DNA of 64,000 bases from IMG/VR virus record IMGVR_UViG_3300044772_000008. The stretch is one strand, 5' to 3'. The notes under the pieces are model-generated. The model saw only the letters and a program-made list of their open reading frames with translations. It did not search any database and was not told the origin of the DNA. The DNA comes from a virus. This document shows, piece after piece, positions 16,277 through 23,399 of the stretch (the stretch's first letter is position 1; each line of letters starts with the position of its first letter). The position numbers and the translations under genes are program-made.

Positions 16277-16477
16277 ATGGAACTCGGTGTCTGTGAGATA
16301 CACGGAGGCGAGCCCGTCATAGTGGAGCATATCTCGTTCTGTGGCGAGAGCGTCGACGTCTGCTTCTCTTGCCTAGATGAACAAACTGGCACTAAGAGCA
16401 GAGCCGAGTTCCAGGACATACAAGACGACAGGTACTACACCTACAAGACGAAGCTGCTGGAGGCGGCAGGTAAGTAG
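16277..16477 (+). CDS. small Cys-rich protein
   Basis: 66 aa. CEIHGG ... FCGESVDVCFSC. Confidence 0.6.
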   Translation: MELGVCEIHGGEPVIVEHISFCGESVDVCFSCLDEQTGTKSRAEFQDIQDDRYYTYKTKLLEAAGK

Positions 16478-16590
16478 TACCCCGAACGTCCTGCACAGGT
16501 GCCATGCCTAGGCAGTCATGGTGTAAATAACCTGCCTCCCGCTGAGATAGGCGGAACTAAAGAGTGGCCTGTGTAGGGCCTTGGGGGTAC
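16477..16590 (+). other. structured intergenic element B (long imperfect helix, occludes the RBS of 16592)
   Basis: GTACCCC (16477-83) pairs with GGGGTAC (16584-90). CCTGCACAGG (16490-99) pairs with CCTGTGTAGG (16568-77, one G-U). The 3' arm ends 1 nt before the ATG at 16592. Confidence 0.5.
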
Positions 16591-16591
16591 T

Positions 16592-17032
16592 ATGAACAGA
16601 GTCTACTTAGGAGTGTGGATACTAGGAGTCCTCCTATTCTGGGAGGCGATGCACAACTACGGCCAGGAGATGAAGAAGCAACTGGCCGGTGCGCAGAAGC
16701 AATTAGCCAAGTCGATAGAGGACCTAGGTAAGGCAGTGCACCAGTTCCTCGATGTGACTACAACACTGGGGGTCACGATGGAGCAGGCAGCACGACAGTT
16801 CCGAGCATACAGTCAGAGTTGGCACTTCCACGTAGGAGCGTTTGACGTCAGCGACGAGGCAATTGAACTGCTAGTAGGCGGGCTTGAACTGGATGTGTAC
16901 CCGCACCAAGATCAGTACGCAGAGTTCCCAGTGCACCTCAACCTGTGTTGGAGGTGCGAGAACCTTCTGACAGAGGACGAAATGGAGTTCGGCCTTTGTA
17001 AGAACTGCAGACAGGATCTGGAGGACCTATGA
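16592..17032 (+). CDS. membrane-anchored protein with C-terminal zinc ribbon
   Basis: 146 aa. N-terminal VYLGVWILGVLLFW. C-terminal CWRCENLL ... CKNC. Confidence 0.7.
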   Translation: MNRVYLGVWILGVLLFWEAMHNYGQEMKKQLAGAQKQLAKSIEDLGKAVHQFLDVTTTLGVTMEQAARQFRAYSQSWHFHVGAFDVSDEAIELLVGGLELDVYPHQDQYAEFPVHLNLCWRCENLLTEDEMEFGLCKNCRQDLEDL

Positions 17033-17352
17033 GAGAGATGAAGATCCGAGATCAGAACTACCCGAGCTGGCGTCTTGAACTCAAGGACAACGGCTCAGTC
17101 ACATGGATAGGCGTTGAGAGGGGACCTCTCAGTCTGCACTTCGAGAACGCACGGTACCTGGTCCTCAAGGAAGCAGGGCACCAGTGGTACCTGAACCAGT
17201 ACAACAAGACACAGTACGAGCCGGCCAAGTTCATCGTGTTCAAGAAGTGGGCCGTCGACGTCCCCTACAAGGGAGAGCCTTCGGTACAATTCGAACTCCA
17301 ACAGACGTTGGAGTTCTACGTCAAGCCAGACCTATCTTACCTGAAGACATGA
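17029..17352 (+). CDS. hypothetical protein
   Basis: 107 aa. ATGA overlap with the upstream gene. Confidence 0.7.
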   Translation: MREMKIRDQNYPSWRLELKDNGSVTWIGVERGPLSLHFENARYLVLKEAGHQWYLNQYNKTQYEPAKFIVFKKWAVDVPYKGEPSVQFELQQTLEFYVKPDLSYLKT

Positions 17353-17465
17353 ACGAAGATCCGCTAGTGCCGTCGAGGGGTTGCTTCTTCGGATTCCTCT
17401 TTAGTGCAGTCATAGTTGCGGGACTCGTTCTAGTGGCTCTGGTACTAGCATTCATCCTAGAGTGA
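17349..17465 (+). CDS. small single-pass membrane peptide
   Basis: Own reading (38 aa). ATGA overlap at 17349. Contains CFFGFLFSAVIVAGLVLVALVLAFIL. Confidence 0.5.
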   Translation: MNEDPLVPSRGCFFGFLFSAVIVAGLVLVALVLAFILE

Positions 17466-17475
17466 GGGAGTGACG

Positions 17476-17619
17476 ATGGACTGGACAACGATGATACGGT
17501 TCGATCGATGGCGTCCTTCAGAGCTCCTAGTCGCACTACGGTACGTCTTCAAGGCGTACAGGATGAGGTCGGAGATGACGATGTCGATCTGGGAGATGCA
17601 CCCTAACAAGAGGAGGTGA
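17476..17619 (+). CDS. small hypothetical protein
   Basis: Own reading (47 aa). ATG after GAGGGAGTGACG. Its stop sits within the RBS of the next gene. Confidence 0.4.
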   Translation: MDWTTMIRFDRWRPSELLVALRYVFKAYRMRSEMTMSIWEMHPNKRR

Positions 17620-17620
17620 C

Positions 17621-17821
17621 ATGCCGAAGAGTAAGACACATGCGAAGCGCCGAGCAAAGCAGAAGGGCGTTCAGCATGATCACAGTCGCTACGTCCCAGG
17701 ATGTATGCGCTGCGAGTTGAGTAAGGCAGAAGTGAAACAAATCAATGACGGAGCCAAGAGGGTTCAGGCGGAGGAGCCCAAGGAGAGTTACACGATTGAC
17801 GACATCTCCGGACGAGCTTGA
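17621..17821 (+). CDS. small basic protein
   Basis: 66 aa. ATG after AGAGGAGGTGAC. Contains KSKTHAKRRAKQKG. Confidence 0.6.
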   Translation: MPKSKTHAKRRAKQKGVQHDHSRYVPGCMRCELSKAEVKQINDGAKRVQAEEPKESYTIDDISGRA

Positions 17822-17840
17822 GGAAGAACTGGAAGAGCTG

Positions 17841-18170
17841 ATGGCAGACCTACCGAACGAACCGGAAGAGATCGAGGCAGAGCTCAAGCTCCACATGCAG
17901 TTGTATGAGGCCTTGAAAGACAGCTGGCGTAAGAAGGACCGGCTTCAAGCCCAGTACCACCTCGGACACGTTGCCGGTATCATAAAGACGATGGTCGCGC
18001 TAGGGCACACGGACTGGCTGAACCAAGTCGTGGACGAGTTGCAGGCTGAGTCCGATGAGAAGTGGTTTCAGACAGAAGGTGGCATGGCGATGACTGCTGG
18101 GGACGAGTGGATGGGCCGACAAGTCTACCGCATGTCTCGTGGTCGCGAACCGTATCCAGGACAGGGGTGA
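17841..18170 (+). CDS. hypothetical acidic helical protein (tandem paralog a)
   Basis: Start refined to the first ATG beyond the upstream stop. Shares the YHLGHVAGIIKTMVAL block with the next gene. Confidence 0.55.
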   Translation: MADLPNEPEEIEAELKLHMQLYEALKDSWRKKDRLQAQYHLGHVAGIIKTMVALGHTDWLNQVVDELQAESDEKWFQTEGGMAMTAGDEWMGRQVYRMSRGREPYPGQG

Positions 18171-18174
18171 CAGC

Positions 18175-18507
18175 TTGATCGATATGCATAAGCACCCCGC
18201 ATTGGGGATCGTCATCGCCTGGCTCGAGAGCCGGGAGGATGATGTGGATGAGCTCCTCGGCATTCATGCGGCCCAGGGACCGGACGAGGAAGACAAGTTC
18301 GACGTCTACGAAATGGAGGCGGCTGCTCGAGACCTAGTCAACTTCGCTTCATGGCTAGCTCTGCAAGCCTACTCAGAGGGTCATCCTGACAGCATTGCAC
18401 ATGAAGAGAATCCCGAGCACGTAGCCCACACGATCGGGATCATCAAGGACATGGCTATGCATATGCCGCTAGTAGACGTGGAAGGAGATGACGATGACAA
18501 CGGGTGA
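18175..18507 (+). CDS. hypothetical acidic helical protein (tandem paralog b)
   Basis: TTG at 18175 lies 5 nt after the upstream stop and AGGGGTGA. EHVAHTIGIIKDMAMH matches paralog a. Confidence 0.55.
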   Translation: MIDMHKHPALGIVIAWLESREDDVDELLGIHAAQGPDEEDKFDVYEMEAAARDLVNFASWLALQAYSEGHPDSIAHEENPEHVAHTIGIIKDMAMHMPLVDVEGDDDDNG

Positions 18508-18814
18508 CGAACGAGCTATCTGGAAGTACGCAGCCGCGCCAGACAGCTTTGTAGTCGAGATGCCTCAGGGTGCTGAGATCGTCAGTGTAGGGCTACAGGA
18601 TCCTGACGTACGATTTGCCCCGGTAGGAGACATAGGGAAGGTCTTCGTGTTCTGGGCTGTAGTCGATCCGAGGAACGGGAAGGTGAATAGGAAGTTCAGG
18701 ACAGTTGGAACTGGTCATCCGTACTTCATCGACGATGACGTGTACAAGTTCGTTGGCACAGTACAGTTCCCTGACGGGCTTGTGTTCCACTTGTTCGACC
18801 TAGGAGAGGTCTGA
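18488..18814 (+). CDS. hypothetical beta-rich protein
   Basis: 108 aa. Contains GTGHPYFIDDD ... VFHLFDLGE. Confidence 0.7.
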   Translation: MTMTTGDERAIWKYAAAPDSFVVEMPQGAEIVSVGLQDPDVRFAPVGDIGKVFVFWAVVDPRNGKVNRKFRTVGTGHPYFIDDDVYKFVGTVQFPDGLVFHLFDLGEV

Positions 18815-18963
18815 TGTCTCAGGAGGAAGCGACTGAGGCAGTTGACAAGTTCAACCGCCACGTGCGCGAATGCTTCACCTGCCAACCTCTGTGGAACGTA
18901 TACTGTGCGGAGGGGCTCGAGCTGAACGACGAAGCCGATGAGCAGACAGCCTTGTGGCTATAG
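18814..18963 (+). CDS. small Cys-containing protein
   Basis: Own reading (49 aa). TGATG overlap at 18812-18816. Contains RECFTCQPLWNVYC. Confidence 0.5.
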   Translation: MSQEEATEAVDKFNRHVRECFTCQPLWNVYCAEGLELNDEADEQTALWL

Positions 18964-18998
18964 GAACAGACTCGTCGCAAACGAGCCCGTAAGGCGAC

Positions 18999-19027
18999 TT
19001 GATTCTGCCATAGGGTTGCTATAGAAT
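18999..19027 (+). promoter_or_regulatory. sigma70/SigA-type promoter P6
   Basis: TTGATT-17 nt-TAGAAT within GTTGCTATAGAATTGG. Same -10 block as P8, P10 and P11. Confidence 0.65.
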
Positions 19028-19037
19028 TGGAGATAGC

Positions 19038-19307
19038 ATGGAAGAGAAGGATGTCATAGTGACCAAACCTTTCATGTCACCCGACTGGGGTATCTGGGCC
19101 CTATGCTACATGCAAGTGTGTGCTCATGGTGAGGTTCCACCTGAACGGATTGAGGAAGTTGCGAACCTGGAGAATCCGCCAGGCAGCTCCGCACCGTGGA
19201 GCATAACCAACAAGTTCGACCCTGGTGACGATCTCGAACCTGTTGACCTTTCACCTGTGCAGTGCCTCGATGACCCGGTACGACTCCACTACATGTTGAG
19301 CTGCTGA
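19038..19307 (+). CDS. hypothetical protein
   Basis: 89 aa, 10 nt after the P6 -10 region. Confidence 0.65.
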   Translation: MEEKDVIVTKPFMSPDWGIWALCYMQVCAHGEVPPERIEEVANLENPPGSSAPWSITNKFDPGDDLEPVDLSPVQCLDDPVRLHYMLSC

Positions 19308-20023
19308 TGAACGACGAGCCCAACGGCTGGCCCTACGGAGATGATGACGTGGAGCTGACGAAGGAACAGATAGGCTACACGACTGAAGTGCAGGGAGGAC
19401 TATGGACACTCACAGTCCTCTGCATATCGGAAACAGGTCAGCCCGGAGGAGGTAAGACCACAAGTGCGTTTACTCCGTTCGAAGAGGAAAGCGAGGAAGC
19501 AGTTGTACAAGTTGCAACACGGAGATGGCCCGAACTCAAGGTTGTCTCTAAGGTTGAGTGGGACAAAGTCTTCTTCGGAAAGTGGGGAGGACAACGTCCG
19601 ACAAGTAGCATTGGGAGCACAGGCCAGCGGGTGGCGGCCTTCGGAAGGGCAGGGCGTGGTACTCGTAGCCTTCCTTCACAAGGGTCACCGGGCCTTAGTG
19701 CTGCAGGTCTACCCGAAACATGGGGAACACGTTCGCGTTCTGTGCCTCGAGGACGGTCGGGAAGTAACAGTGCACGCTCGACTGTGTCTGCGAGCTCAGT
19801 AGTTGAGAAGGCAGCAGACGGAACGTGGCCCCTAGATGAGTGGGTGCCGATTGTGCAGTGTGCAAAGCGGTTGGGATATCCTCCGCAGTACCTGTACAAT
19901 GCAGTGTACCACGGCAAGATCAAGACACAGGGTGAACGTCCGAAGAAGGCCCTGTGGAGGGATGTTCTATCCAAGTACCGCCCTGACATCCTAAAGGAGA
20001 TAACCGATGTCAACACCACTTGA
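19307..20023 (+). CDS. HTH protein (paralog 3) with N-terminal domain and Arg/Ser/Gly-rich middle; reading frame in the middle third is questionable
   Basis: The C-terminus VPIVQCAKRLGYPPQYLYNAVYHGKIK matches the HTH family. Residues about 100-165 are low-complexity, and the +1 frame there (track ORF 19464-19802) has better G/C3 bias. Confidence 0.5.
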   Translation: MNDEPNGWPYGDDDVELTKEQIGYTTEVQGGLWTLTVLCISETGQPGGGKTTSAFTPFEEESEEAVVQVATRRWPELKVVSKVEWDKVFFGKWGGQRPTSSIGSTGQRVAAFGRAGRGTRSLPSQGSPGLSAAGLPETWGTRSRSVPRGRSGSNSARSTVSASSVVEKAADGTWPLDEWVPIVQCAKRLGYPPQYLYNAVYHGKIKTQGERPKKALWRDVLSKYRPDILKEITDVNTT

Positions 20024-20183
20024 AGCATTGCAGCTGATCGTAGAGGACACCGAAGCCGATGCACTCAAGCGAGTAGCATTCACACAGCTAGGCATCGGCT
20101 CCATCTACGGTGAGATGCTGGCCATGATCAGAGCACTAGCAAAGGTCATGATCAAGCACCTCGAGGAGCACCATGTTCCGTAA
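20007..20183 (+). CDS. small helical hypothetical protein
   Basis: Own reading (58 aa). ATG 7 nt after AAAGGAG. Translation starts MSTPLEALQLIVEDTEADALKRV. Confidence 0.5.
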   Translation: MSTPLEALQLIVEDTEADALKRVAFTQLGIGSIYGEMLAMIRALAKVMIKHLEEHHVP

Positions 20184-20484
20184 GAACTTCGACTGGGAGA
20201 AGTGGAAACGAGAACACCGCTGGGATGATCTTGCTACCTACAACGTGGAAGTCGCTCGTGGCATCATGCACACGCCTGAGTGGAAGACGAAGATGGCCGA
20301 GGAGCAGAAGCTGTTCAACGAGGAGCAATACAAGGACACCACCTGTGCTGATGTTGACTGCAAGCACCCTATGTCGGACCATCCTACCATGCGTGGGGTG
20401 ATTGCAGACGGTATCACCACAGCGGTTGTACCGTTCTGTAACAGGTGCCAGAGGAACTGTTCTGGTGCCTTCGTCATAGCATGA
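20173..20484 (+). CDS. hypothetical Cys/His-containing protein
   Basis: 103 aa. CADVDCKH ... CNRCQRNC. Confidence 0.65.
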   Translation: MFRKNFDWEKWKREHRWDDLATYNVEVARGIMHTPEWKTKMAEEQKLFNEEQYKDTTCADVDCKHPMSDHPTMRGVIADGITTAVVPFCNRCQRNCSGAFVIA

Positions 20485-20537
20485 AAGGAGGTGAGGAATA
20501 GTATAGTGTCTGTACTAGTCACTGAGAGGGGTGACAA

Positions 20538-21338
20538 TTGAAGAAGGCCGTCCTGCTACTAACAGTGGCGACGGTGTTGGTGTTGGGAATGGTAGTGTAT
20601 GTCGGAGGAGCTTCAGCTCAAGAAGACCCACCGGGCAATAATGGCACCGTCAAGATTGACGGTGTCGAGTTCGATGGCCATCCGGATAACCAGCCGCACG
20701 TTGGCTGTGTGTTCCAGGTTGACTTCTACGGCTTTGACGAAGGAGACCTGAACGCAACCGTGACGTTCGAGACGCAGCCGCCGACCACTCCGGTGACGAC
20801 GCTGCTGACCGATACGGTGTTTATCGGTGAGGACGACAACTCGGGCGGTGGGTCAGAAGCTGGCTTGGACGCTGGTGAGACTTACGATCTCACGGCGCTC
20901 CTCGCAGGGTTCGAGCCTCACGACATCCAGGGGTTCCATATCAAGCTGACGGTGAATGCGCCAGGCTCGATTGGTGCCGACACGAAGTTCAAGGTGTTCT
21001 GGGTGACGGGTTGCGAGACACCTCCGACGACGACGTCAAGTCCGCCGCCGCCACCGGTGACGACTACTACCACTACCACGAGTAGTGTTCCACCACCACC
21101 ACCGACGACGACAACAACCACAACAACGTCGTCAAGTCCACCTCCGCCAGAGGAGACGTCAACGACAACAGAAGCAGCTCCACCGCCTAACGAGAACACA
21201 CCACCCAATAAGGGAACGCCTTCGAAGTTGGCGTTCACGGGTTCAGAAACAATCCCGCTTGGGATTGTTGCGTTTCTGATGTTCTTGGTCGGACTGTACT
21301 TGGTTCGACGTGGCGCGCTAGCAGCAAACGACGACTAG
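20538..21338 (+). CDS. sortase-anchored cell-surface protein (signal peptide, Pro/Thr/Ser-rich stalk, LAFTG sorting signal)
   Basis: N-terminal MKKAVLLLTVATVLVLGMVVYVGGASA. C-terminal LAFTGSE + IPLGIVAFLMFLVGLYLV + RRG is the canonical LAxTG, hydrophobic, basic-tail architecture. Confidence 0.8.
   Translation: MKKAVLLLTVATVLVLGMVVYVGGASAQEDPPGNNGTVKIDGVEFDGHPDNQPHVGCVFQVDFYGFDEGDLNATVTFETQPPTTPVTTLLTDTVFIGEDDNSGGGSEAGLDAGETYDLTALLAGFEPHDIQGFHIKLTVNAPGSIGADTKFKVFWVTGCETPPTTTSSPPPPPVTTTTTTTSSVPPPPPTTTTTTTTSSSPPPPEETSTTTEAAPPPNENTPPNKGTPSKLAFTGSETIPLGIVAFLMFLVGLYLVRRGALAANDD
21030..21183 (+). repeat. in-frame Thr/Ser/Pro tandem repeats (stalk of the surface protein)
   Basis: TTSSPPPPPV / TTTTTTTSSVPPPPP / TTTTTTTTSSSPPPP units encoded by imperfect ACN/CCN repeats. 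Confidence 0.8.
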
Positions 21339-21391
21339 TCGCTTGCGTCTCGGGCTCTCTCGCAAGAGAGTCTGGGGCGGAGGTGATAAAG

Positions 21392-22180
21392 ATGCCAACA
21401 GTAGAGAGCGACCTTCGACGGAAGCTTGAAGACCAAGGCTTCCGCATCACGGGGAAGGCGAATAGTGCAGGCTGGGTTGTGAAGGCCCCTGAGGGAACTG
21501 ACTTGTCTCTGCTTCTCAACCCGACTGGGATGGTACACATTCACACTGACGGTCTTAGTACTGAGAAGGACAAGATCGTCGCCATCCTAGGCGAGCTCCG
21601 GAAGATCGGGTTCGACCCTAACTGGGAAGCCCCGCGCAAGGTGGTACCTGAAGGTCCTTCCTTAGAAGAGCAGACGGGGATGGAAGTTCACGAGAAGCCT
21701 AAGCCGAACCCTGATGACCCAGATGACAGATGGGTCACGTACGTAGAGGCAGCAGAGATCGTTGGTCTCAAGGGTGGCTCCGGAGTTGCTCAGCGCGTCA
21801 AGGCAGGGAAGCTTCGTGCTGTGAAGATGCCAGCTATGCTGCCAGGCATCGGCGGTGGACAACGACAGACACAGGTCTTCCACGTGAACGTCAAGGAGCT
21901 TCTAGCCTCTCAGGACAGCAGAGGCAGACCAGGGCGTCCGAGCACACGTGCTACGGCGGTACGTACTCGGTTCGAGGGCACGGCGGCAGGTCGTTTGTCT
22001 CAAGCAACCACACAGGCGAGAGCTGCAATGCGGAAGATCGAGAGAGGTTTCGAGGAGCTTCAAGAGGCATTCAAGGTCATCGATGATGAGTCGACGGGAG
22101 CCCTTGAGGAACTCCGAGACGTAAGGGCACGTCAGAAGGACATCGAAGGTCTACTCGAACGCGCAGTTGGCAAACTATGA
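21392..22180 (+). CDS. HTH protein (paralog 4) with N-terminal domain and C-terminal coiled coil
   Basis: ATG after GGCGGAGGTGATAAAG. The central VTYVEAAEIVGLKGGSGVAQRVKAGKLRAVKM is a diverged member of the HTH family. The C-terminus is heptad-like (RKIERGFEELQEAFK...). Confidence 0.65.
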   Translation: MPTVESDLRRKLEDQGFRITGKANSAGWVVKAPEGTDLSLLLNPTGMVHIHTDGLSTEKDKIVAILGELRKIGFDPNWEAPRKVVPEGPSLEEQTGMEVHEKPKPNPDDPDDRWVTYVEAAEIVGLKGGSGVAQRVKAGKLRAVKMPAMLPGIGGGQRQTQVFHVNVKELLASQDSRGRPGRPSTRATAVRTRFEGTAAGRLSQATTQARAAMRKIERGFEELQEAFKVIDDESTGALEELRDVRARQKDIEGLLERAVGKL

Positions 22181-22212
22181 GAGAGCCCTGGGAGATACAG
22201 GAGGTGCTGTAC

Positions 22213-22392
22213 ATGAAGATACGTGAGTTCAGAGTTCAAGCCTGGGATCGTTTCGGCACGAAGATCCTAGACTCGAGGCTTAGAGACAGAGTAGCGATGC
22301 TTCAGAATCTCGAACATCAAACGAGCCGTACTGACCTTGAAGTGGCCAGCATCAAGATCGACATCAAGATCGTGGACCAGAATGACACATAA
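22213..22392 (+). CDS. small hypothetical protein (alternative start 22177)
   Basis: ATG at 22213 after CAGGAGGTGCTGTAC. The track start at 22177 overlaps the upstream stop (ATGA) and is also possible. Confidence 0.5.
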   Translation: MKIREFRVQAWDRFGTKILDSRLRDRVAMLQNLEHQTSRTDLEVASIKIDIKIVDQNDT

Positions 22393-22421
22393 GAAATCCA
22401 CATGAACCTTTCAAAAATGGG

Positions 22422-22451
22422 TTGCGGTTTCCCCATGGGCTGTGTTATAAT
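22422..22451 (+). promoter_or_regulatory. sigma70/SigA-type promoter P7
   Basis: TTGCGG-18 nt-TATAAT with TGT extended -10 (CTGTGTTATAAT, as in P2). Confidence 0.65.
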
Positions 22452-22483
22452 CAAAATGAGAGAGGAAGGAGGTGACAAACATC

Positions 22484-22825
22484 ATGGCGCAACTGGAACT
22501 GAAGGAGCTCCCGGACGGTCTTTCCGAGGACGACTACGTGAAGCCGGTGAAGCTTGCCAAGGAGCTTTCAGAGGCCGAGGGCAAGGATGTGCGACCGCAG
22601 ATCGTCTACGGCTACATCCGCAACGGTGGACTCCAGGCCTACACGAAGGGCGGCGAGGGTCGTTTCATCGTCCGTTCCGAGTTCGAGGCCTGGGTGCAGG
22701 AGAAGGCCCAGAAGAAGGCTGAGCGCGAGGCCAAGGCTGCGGAGAAGGCAGCCAAGAAGGCCGAGAAGGAGGCCGCTGGCGAGACTGCAGGTGCAGAGGG
22801 AGGCACCGAGGAGTACGCCGGCTAA
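22484..22825 (+). CDS. excisionase/MerR-like HTH protein with long Lys/Ala/Glu-rich tail (paralog 5)
   Basis: ATG after GGAAGGAGGTGACAAACATC. VKPVKLAKELSEAEGKDVRPQIVYGYIRNGGLQA, then KAQKKAEREAKAAEKAAKKAEKEAAGE. Confidence 0.75.
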   Translation: MAQLELKELPDGLSEDDYVKPVKLAKELSEAEGKDVRPQIVYGYIRNGGLQAYTKGGEGRFIVRSEFEAWVQEKAQKKAEREAKAAEKAAKKAEKEAAGETAGAEGGTEEYAG

Positions 22826-22843
22826 GACCCGATCAACAACATC

Positions 22844-22877
22844 GCGAGCAGGGGGCTGCGGCTCCCTGCCTCGCTTT
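22844..22877 (+). terminator. terminator-like hairpin after HTH paralog 5
   Basis: GCGAGCAGGG / CCCTG(C)CTCGC stem with one bulge, followed by TTTG. The T run is also the 5' end of the next hairpin. Confidence 0.45.
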
Positions 22878-22940
22878 GAGGACTGAACGATAGCTGCTAC
22901 GAACGGTAAGGGATGATCACCCGCCGTTCAGTCCTCAAAG
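22874..22940 (+). other. 16-bp perfect hairpin (element D)
   Basis: CTTTGAGGACTGAACG (22874-22889) / CGTTCAGTCCTCAAAG (22925-22940), 35-nt loop. Confidence 0.6.
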
Positions 22941-23071
22941 GGAGGCCGGTTGAGCGGACTTCCGAAAGGCTTCGCCACTGGGTCTCGGCTCTTCAGGGGA
23001 AGTTGTCGAGATCGGCCAGCCGATTAGGTCGAGATAGGGTACCCGAGGGTGGTTTCGGACAGCCGGTCTCC
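22941..23071 (+). other. structured leader closed by a 12-bp helix, upstream of 23093-23299
   Basis: GGAGGCCGGTTG (22941-52) pairs with CAGCCGGTCTCC (23060-71), including 2 G-U pairs. Internal GTCGAGAT x2 flanks the ATCGG/CCGAT hairpin. The GGAGGAGG RBS follows at 23081. Confidence 0.45.
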
Positions 23072-23092
23072 CACTATCAGGGAGGAGGTAGA

Positions 23093-23299
23093 TTGGAAAC
23101 AACGGCGGCAGCACTTGCATTCTCTGCAGCACTTGCCGAGGCGATCAAACTAGGCAACTCACTGCAGCAGAACCCGGAACTAGCAGATGCATACGACGAC
23201 GAGGCGATCGAAGTTGTCCAGAACGGCAACACGATCCACGTCGACATCGCCAACGGTGAACGACAGTTCGTCGTCACCGTCGAGGAAGCGGTCCCGTAA
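23093..23299 (+). CDS. small hypothetical protein
   Basis: Start refined to the in-frame TTG at 23093, 4 nt after GGAGGAGG. The downstream 68 aa are protein-like (LAFSAALAEAIKLGN...NGNTIHVDIANGERQFVVTVEE). The upstream 60 codons of track ORF 22913 are Arg-rich and overlap the hairpins. Confidence 0.55.
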   Translation: METTAAALAFSAALAEAIKLGNSLQQNPELADAYDDEAIEVVQNGNTIHVDIANGERQFVVTVEEAVP

Positions 23300-23399
23300 T
23301 TGTGGATCCCGTTCGCTGTCGTTGGTGTTTTCATTGTCCTGATAGGGATAGTCGGACTCATCAACGGCAGCTGGGGTCCACGTAGTAGTCGGTGAGGGC

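Noticed and set aside
22913-23092. N-terminal 60 codons of track ORF 22913-23299
   Set aside because: They are Arg-rich and overlap the perfect 16-bp hairpin and the leader helix. A GGAGGAGG RBS sits directly before the in-frame TTG at 23093, so I annotate only 23093-23299 as coding.
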